Shown here: positions 17,374-28,692 of the stretch, one piece after another
How the letters are laid out: every line of letters starts with the position of its first letter
Numbering within the stretch: position 1 is the stretch's first letter
Origin: a bacterium
Lineage (GTDB): Bacteria > Bacteroidota > Ignavibacteria > UBA10030
NCBI GenBank assembly: GCA_043803945.1
Contig: JAZDJN010000010.1
Span: 1-64,000, forward strand
DNA length: 64,000 bases
Direction: 5' to 3'
Notes under the pieces: generated by a model
Databases searched by the model: none
What the model was told of the DNA's origin: nothing
What the model saw: the letters and a program-made list of their open reading frames with translations, nothing else
Translations under genes and position numbers: made by a program

Positions 17374-17535
17374 GGTTGGGAAGAGTAAATTTTAACTGCG
17401 ATTGAAATGAAATACACTCTTGATGTCTACAGGGACCGGTTTTATCCCATTTAGAGTTTTCCCACCCAACGATAGAATATCGCAAAAAGGGGTCTACTAT
17501 TTCCTGTCTTTCCGCTACCTCTTTTGATCGATTCC

Positions 17536-17567
17536 AAAAAAAAGTCCCGACTCTCGCCGGGACTTTT
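17536..17567 (-). terminator. Intrinsic terminator ending the ribosomal supercluster / engB transcript
   Basis: AAAAGTCCCG-loop-CGGGACTTTT stem with a U8 tail on the minus strand. Confidence 0.8.
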
Positions 17568-17605
17568 ACTCTCTAACGTCTCACTTCTTACATCTTACCT
17601 CACAT

Positions 17606-18235
17606 TCACACCGCTTCTTTTTTTTCCGTCCGGGGTTTAACGAGATGCGCCTCAATCAATTTGAGGAGATCATTCCGTCCTTCGCCGGTCATAATGGAGA
17701 ACGGGACGATGCCGTGGCAGCATCCATTGCAAATCTGGCTATTGAACCGTTCCTTGTATCCCTCCATCTGCTTCATCAGCTTGCTCTGCGGAAGCTTGTC
17801 GGCCTTGGTGAGGACCAGGAGGTAAGGAATTTCGTAGTACTCCAGCCAATCCATCATCATTAAATCGAGCGGAGTCGGCTCCTGCCGTGAATCGATGAGC
17901 TGCATCGCAAGGGCGATCGGCCCCCCCCGTTTGAGAAAATCCTCAATCAGCTTTTTCCATCCGGCACGCATCTGTTCAGGAACCTTGGCATAACCATAGC
18001 CCGGCAAATCAACAAAGTAAAACCCATTGTTGATGATATAGTAGTTGATCTCGCGTGTTTTTCCGGGAGTGGAACTGGAACGTGCAAGGCTCTTCCGGTT
18101 GCACACCTTGTTGAGCAATGAGGATTTGCCAACATTCGAGCGACCAATAAAGAGTACTTCACGGAGTTCGTTTTTGGGAAGCTGGCGTAAATCTGCTACG
18201 CCCTGCAGAAATTCAGCAGAATTTATTTTTAGCAT
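17606..18235 (-). CDS. engB: Ribosome biogenesis GTPase YihA/YsxC
   Basis: GRSNVGKSSL, PGKT, DLPGYGY and TKADK motifs. Confidence 0.96.
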   Translation of the reverse strand: MLKINSAEFLQGVADLRQLPKNELREVLFIGRSNVGKSSLLNKVCNRKSLARSSSTPGKTREINYYIINNGFYFVDLPGYGYAKVPEQMRAGWKKLIEDFLKRGGPIALAMQLIDSRQEPTPLDLMMMDWLEYYEIPYLLVLTKADKLPQSKLMKQMEGYKERFNSQICNGCCHGIVPFSIMTGEGRNDLLKLIEAHLVKPRTEKKEAV

Positions 18236-18300
18236 ATGATTCGACCTCTCGTCTGGGAAACAATTCTAATCCTTCACTTCGACCTCAATAGCACGATGAA

Positions 18301-18882
18301 TTACTCAGTTTCCTTCTTCGGTTCGGTTTCCTGCGTTTCAGATGCCGGAGACTCGCTTGCGGCTGGTTCCGTCGCGGGAGCCGCATGCTCCTTTTTCTCT
18401 GCTTCAACGGATTTCGACTTCTGTTTCTTCGGTGTCTTCTTTGCTGTTTTTGCTGACTTTGCTGCTGTTTTCGATGCCGCTTTCTCTTGTCCGGTATTAA
18501 AATCAACCAATTCAAGAACTGCCACCTGGGCGCCATCGCCGAGCCGCTGGCCCAGCTTCACGACCCGTGTGTACCCGCCGGCACGTTCTGCTACCTTCGG
18601 GGCAATTTCATCGAACAGCATCGACACGGCATCGCGAGCACGAAGAAACGCAAAGACCTCCCGGCGCGCATGGATATCCTTCGGTTTCCCTTCGGATTCT
18701 TTTTTCACTGCCCGTTTTGCACGGGTGATCAGTTTCTCCACCACCATCCGCGCTTCTTTCGCCTTGGCGGTTGTCGTGTGAATCTTCTTATGGCGGATCA
18801 CCGCCACACTGAGTGCAGAGAGTGTCGCTTTACGATGACTGTGCGTTCGTTTGAGTTTTCGTCCTGCTCGGTAATGACGCAT
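18301..18882 (-). CDS. rplQ: 50S ribosomal protein L17 with long C-terminal tail
   Basis: MRH...KLKRTHSHRKA, TTTAKAKE, GGYTRVVK. Confidence 0.97.
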   Translation of the reverse strand: MRHYRAGRKLKRTHSHRKATLSALSVAVIRHKKIHTTTAKAKEARMVVEKLITRAKRAVKKESEGKPKDIHARREVFAFLRARDAVSMLFDEIAPKVAERAGGYTRVVKLGQRLGDGAQVAVLELVDFNTGQEKAASKTAAKSAKTAKKTPKKQKSKSVEAEKKEHAAPATEPAASESPASETQETEPKKETE

Positions 18883-18902
18883 ACTTTAATCCTTTTCAAT
18901 CC

Positions 18903-19892
18903 CTATTCGTTACCATCATTCAAATACTTTTCGACATCCATACCGAATGTCAAACCAAATTGATCAACAATTTCCGTCAGTTCGGCAAGTGATTTACGGC
19001 CGAAGTTCCGGAATTTCAACAACTCGCCTTCATCCCGTCGAACGAGATCGGCGAGGGTTTTGATGTTTGCCGACCGGAGGCAATTATGCGAGCGCACAGA
19101 GAGTTCGAGTTCATCGACCGGTGTTTTGAGTACCTTCCGGATCCGCGCAGACTCCGCTTCCTGTTCGCTTTCAACTTTCTCCGCTTCCGGCTCCATATCG
19201 AAATTGATGAAAAGCTGGATGTGATCGCGCAGAATCTTACCGGCGTGTGTCAACGCTTCCTGCGGAAGAATCGAGCCGTCGGTCTCAATTTCGATGGTTA
19301 ATTTCTCGAAATCGGTCTGGCCGCCTACGCGTGTCGGTTCGATAAAATAATGCACGTTGCGGATCGGCGTGAAGATCGAGTCGATCGAAATCGTTCCCAG
19401 CGGCTGGTCGCTCGTTTTGTTTTCATCGGCAGACATATATCCTTTTCCCCTGCCGAGCCGGAATTCGATTTCGATGTTCGCATCCTTGTTCAGCGTCGCC
19501 AGGTGAAGCTCCGGGTTAAGAACTTCAATTTCCGCCGATGCGCTCTGGAGATCCCTTGCAACAAACTTACCGGGTCCCTTTAAGGGCACCACAACCTTGG
19601 TTGCCTTTTTGTTGATCGGCCGGATCCTGACCTGTTTCAAATTTAGAATGAGATCCGCGACATCCTCTACAACTCCCTTGATGGTGGAAAATTCATGTTG
19701 AATTCCCTCCACACGGATCGCAGTAATCGCGGTTCCATGGAGTGAGGACAGGAGTACACGACGGAAGGAGTTGCCTAAGGTGACGCCGAATCCCTTCTCG
19801 AGCGGTTGAAGAATAAACCGGCCGGAGGTGTTCGTATAGGTTGATTCATCCAGTTCGATCTTTTCAGGCATTTGTACTAATGTATTGCTCAT
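18903..19892 (-). CDS. rpoA: RNA polymerase alpha subunit
   Basis: PLEKGFGVTLGNSFRRVLLSS, LSVRSHNCL, NFGRKSL. Confidence 0.98.
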   Translation of the reverse strand: MSNTLVQMPEKIELDESTYTNTSGRFILQPLEKGFGVTLGNSFRRVLLSSLHGTAITAIRVEGIQHEFSTIKGVVEDVADLILNLKQVRIRPINKKATKVVVPLKGPGKFVARDLQSASAEIEVLNPELHLATLNKDANIEIEFRLGRGKGYMSADENKTSDQPLGTISIDSIFTPIRNVHYFIEPTRVGGQTDFEKLTIEIETDGSILPQEALTHAGKILRDHIQLFINFDMEPEAEKVESEQEAESARIRKVLKTPVDELELSVRSHNCLRSANIKTLADLVRRDEGELLKFRNFGRKSLAELTEIVDQFGLTFGMDVEKYLNDGNE

Positions 19893-19992
19893 AGATGTTT
19901 TCCCCTTTTTCTTTCCGGGGCTAGAACCTCAGGAGTATGCTTCGCATCGAGCCCGAAGTAGGTGATTGAAAATAAACTGTCTAGGAAAACAA

Positions 19993-20622
19993 TTACTTCG
20001 AATACAACTCAACGATCAACTGCTCGTTGGCATTCAACGGCACATCAGCCCGTTCCGGAATAATCAGGAACGTACCGCAGAGCGTCGCTTTATCCAGGCT
20101 CAACCAGGAATGCATTGCTGTATCCTTCACTCTCTTCATGGAGGAGTGAATCAGTTCAAGCTTCTTACTCTTATCCCGAACCTGAATGAGGTCGCCGGGG
20201 CTGAGTAGAAACGACGGAATGTCGACAATCTTGTTGTTGACAAAAAAATGTCGGTGTATAACCAACTGCCGGGCAGATTTGCGTGAGGGCGCAAGGCCTA
20301 ACCGATAAACGACATTATCGAGGCGCCGCTCGAGCAGCTTGACCAGGTTTTCACCCGTTCTGCCGGCTTGTTTGATCGCGCGTTCGAAGTAATTGTGGAA
20401 TTGTGTTTCCACAATGCCATACTGTCGTTTCACCTTTTGTTTCTCGCGAAGCTGTACGCCGTACTCAGATATCTTCTGGCGCCGGCTCTGCCCATGCTGT
20501 CCCGGAGGATAGTTCCGTTTTTCCAACGGACATTTTTCTGAATAGCACTTCGTTCCTTTCAGGAACAGCTTCTGCTTCTCTCGTCTGCACAATCTGCAGT
20601 TGGCATCAATGTATCTTGCCAT
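19993..20622 (-). CDS. rpsD: 30S ribosomal protein S4
   Basis: MARY...[30 protein letters not shown]. Confidence 0.98.
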   Translation of the reverse strand: MARYIDANCRLCRREKQKLFLKGTKCYSEKCPLEKRNYPPGQHGQSRRQKISEYGVQLREKQKVKRQYGIVETQFHNYFERAIKQAGRTGENLVKLLERRLDNVVYRLGLAPSRKSARQLVIHRHFFVNNKIVDIPSFLLSPGDLIQVRDKSKKLELIHSSMKRVKDTAMHSWLSLDKATLCGTFLIIPERADVPLNANEQLIVELYSK

Positions 20623-20715
20623 AGTTCTCCTATTGAATTTTCTATTTCCGATTGCCTGCGACCGACGGACTTCTTGCCCGATTCTTCGACGTCAATCGGC
20701 AATCGGCAATTGCTC

Positions 20716-21114
20716 TTACACTCTTCGTCGTTTCGGCGGACGGCAGCCGTTGTGAGGAATCGGAGTAATATCGCGAATGACAGAAATCTCCAATCCTGAT
20801 GTTTGCAATGATCGAACCGCTGCTTCGCGTCCGGCTCCCGGTCCTTTAATGAATACTTCTACGCGGCGAAGCCCAAGATCGTACGCCTCTTTGGCCGCTG
20901 CCTCTGCAGAAACCTGAGCGGCGAACGGCGTGTTTTTCCGTGAACCTTTGAAGCCATTACGTCCCGCGGAAGACCATGAGATCACATTGCCGTAGGTATC
21001 CGTCAAGGTTACCTGAACATTGTTAAAGGTCGCTTTGACGAACGCTTTTCCGTTCGCGTCGACATGGACTTTCTTCTTCTTTTTCGTTACGGGAGCAGAT
21101 GATTGCTTTGCCAA
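20716..21114 (-). CDS. rpsK: 30S ribosomal protein S11
   Basis: [32 protein letters not shown]. Confidence 0.98.
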   Translation of the reverse strand: MAKQSSAPVTKKKKKVHVDANGKAFVKATFNNVQVTLTDTYGNVISWSSAGRNGFKGSRKNTPFAAQVSAEAAAKEAYDLGLRRVEVFIKGPGAGREAAVRSLQTSGLEISVIRDITPIPHNGCRPPKRRRV

Positions 21115-21162
21115 GTACTGTTCTCCTTCCGAAGGTGATCCTTCGGGTTGAATAAATAAGTA

Positions 21163-21546
21163 TTACTTCTTCTCGATTGCCTTCTTCTTACCGGCAACGG
21201 TCTTTCTCTTGCCCTTGCGTGTACGGGAGTTCGTCCGGGTGCGCTGCCCTCGAACCGGAAGCCCTTTACGATGGCGTAAGCCGCGATAGCAGCCGATGTC
21301 CATCAATCGCTTCAGGTTCATCTGGGTTTCACTGCGCATCGCACCTTCGACCTTGTAGTCGGCCTGGATGACTGAGCGGATATTGGATACCTCTTCATCC
21401 GTCAATTCACCAATCCGTTTTGCCGGATTCACTCCAGCTTTTGCGAGTATTTCAAGCGCTGTCGATCGGCCGATCCCGAAGATATAGGTCAACCCGATAT
21501 CCGAGCGTTTGTTTTTTGGAAGATCAACTCCAGCTATACGAGCCAC
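21163..21546 (-). CDS. rpsM: 30S ribosomal protein S13
   Basis: [26 protein letters not shown]. Confidence 0.98.
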   Translation of the reverse strand: MARIAGVDLPKNKRSDIGLTYIFGIGRSTALEILAKAGVNPAKRIGELTDEEVSNIRSVIQADYKVEGAMRSETQMNLKRLMDIGCYRGLRHRKGLPVRGQRTRTNSRTRKGKRKTVAGKKKAIEKK

Positions 21547-21573
21547 GTACTCTCTTCTCCTAGGTTTACGTTA

Positions 21574-21687
21574 TTATCCTTGCCGCTGCTTATGCTTCGG
21601 ATTCTTACAGATCACCTGAACCACGCCCTTGCGACGGATGATTTTACATTTATCACAAATCTTTTTCACTGACGATCGAACTTTCAT
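21574..21687 (-). CDS. rpmJ: 50S ribosomal protein L36 (not in ORF track)
   Basis: Manual translation [37 protein letters not shown]. Confidence 0.97.
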   Translation of the reverse strand: MKVRSSVKKICDKCKIIRRKGVVQVICKNPKHKQRQG

Positions 21688-21719
21688 TACTCACCTCTCA
21701 CTCTCGTTATTGCACCAAC

Positions 21720-21938
21720 TCACTTGTACCGGTATGTGATTCGTCCCTTTGATAAATCGTACGGCGACATCTCTACAGTCACCTTATCGCCAACAAGGAT
21801 CTTGATGAAATGCATTCTCATCTTGCCTGAGATATGCGCCAGGATCTCGTGACCATTATCAAGCTTCACGCGAAACGTTGCGTTGGGCAGCGTTTCCGTT
21901 ATGACTCCATCAACTTTTATCGGACCTTGTTTCGCCAT
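21720..21938 (-). CDS. infA: Translation initiation factor IF-1
   Basis: [31 protein letters not shown]. Confidence 0.98.
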   Translation of the reverse strand: MAKQGPIKVDGVITETLPNATFRVKLDNGHEILAHISGKMRMHFIKILVGDKVTVEMSPYDLSKGRITYRYK

Positions 21939-21952
21939 TCAGTGCTCGTGCA

Positions 21953-22711
21953 CTACTCAGTTAGGATTTCTGCTTTGCCGTTGACGATTGCTATCGTGTG
22001 CTCAAAATGAGCTGATGGCTGACCATCCGTGGTCCTTACCGTCCAGCCATCGGAATCAATCTTTACTTTCCACGTCCCATAGTTAACCATGGGCTCAATG
22101 GCCAATGTCATCCCCTCCTGCAGCTTACCTCCTGTGCCCGACCTGCCATAATTCGGGACAGCGGGTTCCTCGTGTAACTCGACGCCGACACCGTGTCCAA
22201 CGAGATCCCGAACAACCGAAAAGCCGTGGCTCTCGATGTGGGTCTGGATCGCAGAGGAGATATCGTGAATCCGATTCCCTGCGACAGCCTGATCGATGCC
22301 AAGGTAAAGCGATTCTTCGGTTGCCTTCAGGAGTTTCTTTTTCTCGCTGGAGACTTCTCCGATTTGAAAAGAATGCGCTCCATCGCCATACCATCCCTCT
22401 TTCTTCACACCCACATCGATCGAGAGTATTTCTCCCTCCTTCAATTCACGCTTCGAAGGGATTCCATGAACAACAACATCGTCAACCGATGTGCAGAGAG
22501 TCGCCGGATAAAGATTATCCTGTGAACGTCCATACCCTTTGAATGCAGGCTCTGCTCCGCAAGACCGAATATACTCTTCCGCGATCCGATCAAGTTCGAG
22601 GGTTGTGACACCCGGTTTAGCATACGCTCCTATGAGTTTGAGCACTTCAGCAACAATCTTACTGCTGACTCTCATCAGCTCAATTTCGCGTTTCGTCTTG
22701 ATCCGAATCAT
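21953..22711 (-). CDS. map: Type I methionine aminopeptidase
   Basis: VVHGIP, SIDVG, GHGVG..LHEEP, AIEPM, SAHFEHT. Confidence 0.97.
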   Translation of the reverse strand: MIRIKTKREIELMRVSSKIVAEVLKLIGAYAKPGVTTLELDRIAEEYIRSCGAEPAFKGYGRSQDNLYPATLCTSVDDVVVHGIPSKRELKEGEILSIDVGVKKEGWYGDGAHSFQIGEVSSEKKKLLKATEESLYLGIDQAVAGNRIHDISSAIQTHIESHGFSVVRDLVGHGVGVELHEEPAVPNYGRSGTGGKLQEGMTLAIEPMVNYGTWKVKIDSDGWTVRTTDGQPSAHFEHTIAIVNGKAEILTE

Positions 22712-22727
22712 CGAGAACCGGAGAGTA

Positions 22728-24068
22728 TTAGCTCCTGCGACCTTTCATCTTACCGCTCTTCATAAAGCCGTCATAATGTCGCATCAGGAGATGCGATTCG
22801 ACCTGCTGAAGAGTATCGAGCACGACGCCAACTGCAATTAATAAGCTGGTTCCGCCAAAGAACTGTGCAAAATTCCCCGACACATTACCGATATGGATCA
22901 TGACGGTCGGGAGAATTGCTATGATTGCCAGGAAGACCGATCCGGGCAACGTAATTTTTGTCAAAATGTTATCAATAAAGTCTGATGTGTGACTGCCTGG
23001 ACGGATACCGGGAATGAATCCACCCTGCTTCTTCATATTATCAGCAACGTCTTTTGGATTGAAGGCGATCGCCGTATAGAAATAGGTGAAGAAGATAATC
23101 ATCAACGCATAGAGGATCGAATAGGTCCATGAATCATAATGAAACCATCCAGCCAGGTTGACGAAGAATTCAGATTCTGGGAACAAGCCGATGACAATAC
23201 CGGGAATAAACATGATTGCCTGGGCAAAAATAAGCGGCATAACACCGGCTGTGTTGACACGCAGCGGAATGTACTGGGTGACACCACCATACACTTTTCG
23301 ACCGATCACTCTCTTTGCATATTGCACCGGAATACGCCGCGTTCCCTGAGTAACGAGAATCACACCTGCCACGATAAATCCAAGAACCACCCAAACTACC
23401 ATCTCAATAATGAGGTTCTTACCGCTCATGACCAATTGAATCTCATCAAAGAGTGCCGCCGGGAATCGTGCGATGATGCCGATGAAGATGATAAGTGAGA
23501 TTCCGTTTCCGATCCCTCGTTCCGTAATTTGTTCACCCAGCCACATCATGAACATCGTACCAGCAGTCAGCACGATGATGGTGCTTGCATAGTAGAGTGC
23601 TCCAGCGTGAGGTACGATCGGAACGACTGAGCCGCCGACTTCTGCTGTGACATCCTGCAAACTGATTGCAACACCAATCGCCTGCAATGCTGCTATCAGC
23701 ACCGTTCCATAACGGGTGTATTGAGTAATTTTTTTCCGACCATCCTCGCCTTCCTTCTGAAGTTTCTGGAAGTATGGGAAAACAGCGCCCAGCAACTGGA
23801 TGACGATTGAGGAACTGATGTAGGGCATAATGCCAAGTGCAAAGATGGCAGCATTGGCAAGGGCACCACCGACGAATGTATCGTAGAGTCCAAAGAGACC
23901 GCCTTCGAGCCTCTTTGATGTTAACGCAACGATTGCTCCATCCACACCCGGAAGTGTGATATGGGCACCGATACGACAGACGATCAGGATAGCCGCAGTA
24001 AAGAGCAACCGTTCACGCAGTTCCTGAATTCTAATGATATTTCCAAAGGTCTCAGTTAATTTACTCAT
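22728..24068 (-). CDS. secY: Preprotein translocase SecY
   Basis: ALGIMPYISSSI, GIGNGISL, GVMPLIFA, FIPGIRPG, GGTSLLI. Confidence 0.98.
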   Translation of the reverse strand: MSKLTETFGNIIRIQELRERLLFTAAILIVCRIGAHITLPGVDGAIVALTSKRLEGGLFGLYDTFVGGALANAAIFALGIMPYISSSIVIQLLGAVFPYFQKLQKEGEDGRKKITQYTRYGTVLIAALQAIGVAISLQDVTAEVGGSVVPIVPHAGALYYASTIIVLTAGTMFMMWLGEQITERGIGNGISLIIFIGIIARFPAALFDEIQLVMSGKNLIIEMVVWVVLGFIVAGVILVTQGTRRIPVQYAKRVIGRKVYGGVTQYIPLRVNTAGVMPLIFAQAIMFIPGIVIGLFPESEFFVNLAGWFHYDSWTYSILYALMIIFFTYFYTAIAFNPKDVADNMKKQGGFIPGIRPGSHTSDFIDNILTKITLPGSVFLAIIAILPTVMIHIGNVSGNFAQFFGGTSLLIAVGVVLDTLQQVESHLLMRHYDGFMKSGKMKGRRS

Positions 24069-24550
24069 TTCTTCGCTTGCTCTTTTGTGAGTACGGTGAC
24101 TTTCCCACCGGCTGCTTCAATCTTGGTGACAGCCGACTTGCTGAATGCATGAGCGGTCACTTCCAACTTCGTGTTCAACTCTCCAGTACCCAGTACCTTG
24201 ACCGGTTCATGTTTTTTCGTGATCAAACCGACTTTATACATCACATCGGGGTTGACGATTCCGTCTTCAAACTTCTTTGCCGCGGCTCGCGTTTCAAGAT
24301 TCTCAACATTGACAACCTGCACGTCGACTGCGTTTCTGCTCTTGAAGCCAAACTTCGGCACACGCCGTGAAAGCGGCATCTGCCCGCCTTCGAACCAGAG
24401 TTTAAACTTATGACCAGATCGGGATTTGGCTCCCTTATGACCCTTGGTTGCTGTTCCACCGTGACCCGAACCCTGTCCGCGTCCGATTCTTTTCACTTTT
24501 CTTCTCGACCCTTTTGCGGGGGTGAGATTACTTAAAATATCTTTTCCCAT
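24065..24550 (-). CDS. rplO: 50S ribosomal protein L15
   Basis: RIGRGQGSG, FEGGQMPL, KVLGTG. Confidence 0.97.
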   Translation of the reverse strand: MGKDILSNLTPAKGSRRKVKRIGRGQGSGHGGTATKGHKGAKSRSGHKFKLWFEGGQMPLSRRVPKFGFKSRNAVDVQVVNVENLETRAAAKKFEDGIVNPDVMYKVGLITKKHEPVKVLGTGELNTKLEVTAHAFSKSAVTKIEAAGGKVTVLTKEQAKK

Positions 24551-24600
24551 TCTAGAAATCCCCTACGTCCGGTTTGTTGACGACCGGAAATCAATTGAAC

Positions 24601-24792
24601 TTATTTTAATTCTTCGACACGAACCAGATGACGAACAGCATTAATCATTCCGCGAATTTGCGGCGAATCATTCTTCACCACGAAGTAGTGTGGCCTGCCA
24701 AGTCCCAATGCTTTGATGGTCCGTTTGGCATTCTCTAGTTCATCGATGATGCTGCGTATCTGTGTGATCTTTATTTTCTTTATCTCTGTCAT
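24601..24792 (-). CDS. rpmD: 50S ribosomal protein L30
   Basis: KITQIRS...ALGL...PQIRGMI; position in the spc operon. Confidence 0.94.
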   Translation of the reverse strand: MTEIKKIKITQIRSIIDELENAKRTIKALGLGRPHYFVVKNDSPQIRGMINAVRHLVRVEELK

Positions 24793-24803
24793 GCTTCAAC
24801 TCA

Positions 24804-25310
24804 TTATTGTTGCTGGAACAATTCCGAAAGTGTTATACCGCGGCGTTCTGCCATCATGTGCGGATCAGTAAGCATCGTTAATGCTTTCATGGTCGCCTTC
24901 ACCACGTTGTGTGGATTGGAAGATCCCATCTGTTTCGTTAGAACGTCTTTCACACCGGCCGATTCAAGAACGGCTCGCACTCCGCCGCCAGCGATCAACC
25001 CGGTGCCGGGCGACGCGGGTTTGAGAAGGACTCGACCAGCTCCGAATTTCCCGATCACTTCATGGGGAATCGTTCCCCGAAGCACCGGGACTTTAACGAC
25101 ATTCTTTTTTGCATCGTCGACACCTTTGGCGATGGCATCGGCAACTTCGTTTGCTTTTCCAAGGCCGATTCCGACGTGACCGTTACCGTCTCCGACGACA
25201 ACAATCGCATTGAAACTGAACCGACGGCCACCCTTCACCACTTTAGCGACGCGGTTGATGTGAACCAATCGTTCCTTGAGCTCCAGCTCTCCTGCTTTAA
25301 TCTTAGACAT
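24804..25310 (-). CDS. rpsE: 30S ribosomal protein S5
   Basis: [25 protein letters not shown]. Confidence 0.98.
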   Translation of the reverse strand: MSKIKAGELELKERLVHINRVAKVVKGGRRFSFNAIVVVGDGNGHVGIGLGKANEVADAIAKGVDDAKKNVVKVPVLRGTIPHEVIGKFGAGRVLLKPASPGTGLIAGGGVRAVLESAGVKDVLTKQMGSSNPHNVVKATMKALTMLTDPHMMAERRGITLSELFQQQ

Positions 25311-25339
25311 TGAACTCTTCGACGTTTAAGTGAAAGTTA

Positions 25340-25708
25340 TTAGAATTTCAAACCGGCTTCACGGGCGCCATCGGCAACTGCCTTGACCCGACCGTGATAC
25401 AGATATCCATTCCGATCGTAGACCGCCTGCGTGATGTTCTTCTCAAGCGCGAGTTTTCCCGCTGCCTTGCCGATGACCTTGCATCGCTCGATCTTGGATT
25501 TTGTGGATTTCAGTTCTTCCTGAAGTTCCTTTGTCCGGCTCGATGTGGAGACGAGTGTTTTCCCCACCGTGTCATCAATGAGCTGGGCATAAATGTGCTT
25601 CGCACTGCGATAAATTGTTAATCGTGGACGTTCCGGTGTACCGGAAATTTTCTTCCGGATACTAACTTTTTTCTTCTTCCAGCGACCGATCGTATTTTTC
25701 TGTATCAT
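25340..25708 (-). CDS. rplR: 50S ribosomal protein L18
   Basis: RPRL...[26 protein letters not shown]. Confidence 0.97.
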   Translation of the reverse strand: MIQKNTIGRWKKKKVSIRKKISGTPERPRLTIYRSAKHIYAQLIDDTVGKTLVSTSSRTKELQEELKSTKSKIERCKVIGKAAGKLALEKNITQAVYDRNGYLYHGRVKAVADGAREAGLKF

Positions 25709-25758
25709 AGATTACTTTCCTTACTTCACCGCGAATGGTTTTTCACGTACGTCACGCG

Positions 25759-26307
25759 TTACTTTGCTCCCGTTGCTGCTGCTTTACCGGCTTTCCGACG
25801 GATGTACTCACCTTCGTACTTGATGCCTTTGCCTTTGTACGGTTCGGGCGGACGGAAGGAACGGATTTTCGCTGCAACAAGACCGATCAGTTGTTTGTCG
25901 ATCCCTGATATGAGAATGCTCGTTTGTGTTGGTGTTTCCAATTTTATTCCTTCGGGTGCGCCGAAGAGAATCGGGTGGGAGTACCCAATCTGGAGGTGCA
26001 ACTTAGACCCCTTCATTTCCGCACGGTATCCAACGCCGACGATTTCGAGTTTCCGGGAATATCCCTGCGACACTCCAATTACCATGTTTTGAATCAATGC
26101 GCGCCAGAGGCCATGGAGAGCACGGAATTTTTTCTCATCGGAGTGGCGAAGGACCTGCATTTCACTTTCCTTCACTTCAACCGAGATATTGGGATGCAAC
26201 TGTGCGGAGAGCTCGCCTTTTGGACCTTTAACCACCAGCGATCCATCCTTTGCTGAAATATTAATGCCCTTCAGAATCTGAATGGGCTTTCGACCAATTC
26301 GTGACAC
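25759..26307 (-). CDS. rplF: 50S ribosomal protein L6
   Basis: GTG start (SRIGRKP); GVGYRA, RPPEPYKGKG. Confidence 0.97.
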   Translation of the reverse strand: MSRIGRKPIQILKGINISAKDGSLVVKGPKGELSAQLHPNISVEVKESEMQVLRHSDEKKFRALHGLWRALIQNMVIGVSQGYSRKLEIVGVGYRAEMKGSKLHLQIGYSHPILFGAPEGIKLETPTQTSILISGIDKQLIGLVAAKIRSFRPPEPYKGKGIKYEGEYIRRKAGKAAATGAK

Positions 26308-26337
26308 GTTCTTGTCTCCTAGAATCAAATCAATGAA

Positions 26338-26733
26338 TTACCACACGTAGGCGAGCACTTCGCCACCGACATGGAGCTTTCGCGCCTGAACGCCGGTCAT
26401 GACACCTTTGGATGTGGAAATAATGGCAACACCGAGACCGCCAAGTACACGGGGCAGCTCTTCCGACTGATGATACAATCGAAGTCCGGGCCGGCTCACG
26501 CGCCGCATGCCGGTAATCACCGACTTCCCCTGGTTGTACTTCAATTGAATGCGCAGAATACCCTGCTTTCCATCCTCCAACATTGCAATGCTGGTTATGT
26601 ACTTTTGATCGAGCAAAATCTGAGCGATTGCCTTTTTCAGTTTTGACGCCGGAATATCAACACGTTTGTGTTTTGCCTTCGCAGCGTTTCGAACACGAGT
26701 TAAAAAATCCGCAATGGGATCTGTAATCGACAT
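26338..26733 (-). CDS. rpsH: 30S ribosomal protein S8
   Basis: [30 protein letters not shown]. Confidence 0.98.
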   Translation of the reverse strand: MSITDPIADFLTRVRNAAKAKHKRVDIPASKLKKAIAQILLDQKYITSIAMLEDGKQGILRIQLKYNQGKSVITGMRRVSRPGLRLYHQSEELPRVLGGLGVAIISTSKGVMTGVQARKLHVGGEVLAYVW

Positions 26734-26772
26734 TACTTCACTTCTCCTAATAAATGAGATCGAACGTACAAC

Positions 26773-26958
26773 TCACCAACTAGCTTTTCGAACACCTGGA
26801 ATCTTTCCGTCAAGAGCAAGATTACGCAGGCAGATCCGGCAGACTCCGAACTTGCGGTAGTAAGCCCGGGGCCTTCCACAAATGTTGCACCGATTATGTT
26901 GACGCACTTTATACTTAGGCGTTCTCTTCGCCTTCACTCGCATTGCTAAGCGTGCCAA
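26773..26958 (-). CDS. rpsN: 30S ribosomal protein S14, zinc-binding type
   Basis: RCNICGRPR...CRICLR...PGVRKASW; 61 aa. Confidence 0.97.
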   Translation of the reverse strand: MARLAMRVKAKRTPKYKVRQHNRCNICGRPRAYYRKFGVCRICLRNLALDGKIPGVRKASW

Positions 26959-26981
26959 AGTAATCCCTTTTCGTTAATGTG

Positions 26982-27662
26982 TTAAACTGCTGTTGATGTT
27001 TGAACGACTTCCTGTCGCCTCACAAACGGCATTCCGAGCGCTTTCAATAACTCATATGCTTCCTGGTCTGTCAGCGCCGTTGTTACAAACGTAACATCCA
27101 TTCCCGTAATCTTTGTTACTTTATCGACGTCGATTTCCGCAAAGATAATCTGTTCTTTGATGCCAAGCGTGTAATTCCCATGTCCGTCGAAGGACTTATC
27201 GGAGACACCGCGGAAGTCACGCACTCTCGGCAGGGCAAGATTAATGAGACGATCTACAAACTCGTACATCTTCGCCCGACGGAGTGTAACCCGGCAGCCG
27301 ATGGCCAACCCTTCACGCAATTTAAAATTCGAAATTGCTTTCTTTGATTTTGTGATGGCAACCTTTTGCCCGGTGATCGCTTCAAGTTCCTTCACTGCCA
27401 CATCGAGCAGTTTGGGATCCTGCGTTGCGTCTCCAACACCGATGTTCACCGAAACCTTTTCGAGTTTCGGTACCTGCATGACACTCTCATACTCGAACCG
27501 TTTCATCAGGGCCGGTACAATGACGGTGCGATATTGTGTGAAGAGACGGGGCGCAACACCGCGTTCCTGAACACCGGCGACCTGTTTTTTCGATGAAGCT
27601 TCCGCACCACCTTTTTCGACTTTTCCGCCTTTTGCTTTCTTGACTTCCTTTTCTTTCGCCAT
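26982..27662 (-). CDS. rplE: 50S ribosomal protein L5 with N-terminal extension
   Basis: [28 protein letters not shown]. Confidence 0.97.
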   Translation of the reverse strand: MAKEKEVKKAKGGKVEKGGAEASSKKQVAGVQERGVAPRLFTQYRTVIVPALMKRFEYESVMQVPKLEKVSVNIGVGDATQDPKLLDVAVKELEAITGQKVAITKSKKAISNFKLREGLAIGCRVTLRRAKMYEFVDRLINLALPRVRDFRGVSDKSFDGHGNYTLGIKEQIIFAEIDVDKVTKITGMDVTFVTTALTDQEAYELLKALGMPFVRRQEVVQTSTAV

Positions 27663-27673
27663 GAACTAATTCC

Positions 27674-27997
27674 TTAGAACATCTCGTTACAATTTTTGCA
27701 GATACGAACTGTTTTCCGTTTACTTGTGGTGACATCCTTCACATGCGCGTGACCAATCCGGGTTGCCTTGCTGCACTTCGGGCAGATCACCATCACGTTG
27801 GAAACACTGATTGGAGCTTCCTTCTGCATAATGCCACCCTGGGGACTTTTTTGCGATGGACGGGTGTGCCGTTTCACCATATTCACATTCTCGACGATCA
27901 CCCGATTATTGACGGGAAACACCTTGAGCACTTTACCCTGTTTGCCACGCGAGTTTCCGGCAATCACAATGACGATATCATTTTTATGTACGTGCAT
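27674..27997 (-). CDS. rplX: 50S ribosomal protein L24
   Basis: KOW motif VIVIAG..GKQGKVL; EAPISVSNV. Confidence 0.96.
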   Translation of the reverse strand: MHVHKNDIVIVIAGNSRGKQGKVLKVFPVNNRVIVENVNMVKRHTRPSQKSPQGGIMQKEAPISVSNVMVICPKCSKATRIGHAHVKDVTTSKRKTVRICKNCNEMF

Positions 27998-28014
27998 AGT
28001 CTAATCCTTCTTGC

Positions 28015-28383
28015 TTAAAGCACTTCAGGCGCCAATGAAACGATCTTCATGTACTGCTTCTCACGGAGTTCCCGTGCAACGGGTCCGAAGATTCGCGTGC
28101 CGCGTGGTTCTCCCTGAGGATTGAGAAGAACGACGGCATTTTCATCGAATCGGATATAGGAGCCATCCTTCCGGCCCACTTCTTTTTTCGTTCGCACGAC
28201 AACGGCGCGAGAGACATCTCCCTTTTTTACCGGTGCTCCGGGGATGGCGCTCTTCACAGCAACCACAACAAGATCTCCAAGCGAGGCGTATCGTTTATCG
28301 TGCCCGCCAAGGACGCGAATACACCGAACTTTTTTTGCACCTGAATTATCTGCAACGACCAGATTCGTTTCTTCCTGAATCAT
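28015..28383 (-). CDS. rplN: 50S ribosomal protein L14
   Basis: [27 protein letters not shown]. Confidence 0.98.
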   Translation of the reverse strand: MIQEETNLVVADNSGAKKVRCIRVLGGHDKRYASLGDLVVVAVKSAIPGAPVKKGDVSRAVVVRTKKEVGRKDGSYIRFDENAVVLLNPQGEPRGTRIFGPVARELREKQYMKIVSLAPEVL

Positions 28384-28407
28384 CGGAAGCTCCTCTTCTT
28401 CACAACG

Positions 28408-28689
28408 TTATTTTGCTTTTTCAACTATCTCAACCAACCGCCACCGTTTCAGCTTACTGATCGGCCGAGTCTCCATTACTTTCACCGTGTCACCCATAGA
28501 CGCTTCGTTCTTCTCATCATGCGCCATGAGTTTGCTGGTCGCACGGTAATACTTCTTGTACAGTGGATGCGATACTTTTCGCTCCAGAGCAACAACGATA
28601 CTCTTATTCATTTTTTGACTGACGACTTTCCCGATACGAACTTTTCGTCGGTGTCGTTGTGGTTGTTGAGCGGTTGGTTCCGTAGTCAT
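28408..28689 (-). CDS. rpsQ: 30S ribosomal protein S17
   Basis: [23 protein letters not shown]. Confidence 0.97.
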   Translation of the reverse strand: MTTEPTAQQPQRHRRKVRIGKVVSQKMNKSIVVALERKVSHPLYKKYYRATSKLMAHDEKNEASMGDTVKVMETRPISKLKRWRLVEIVEKAK

Positions 28690-28692
28690 CCG

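Noticed and set aside
22711-22728. Missing adk between secY and map
   Set aside because: Direct secY-map-infA order is common in this part of the tree and not notable.
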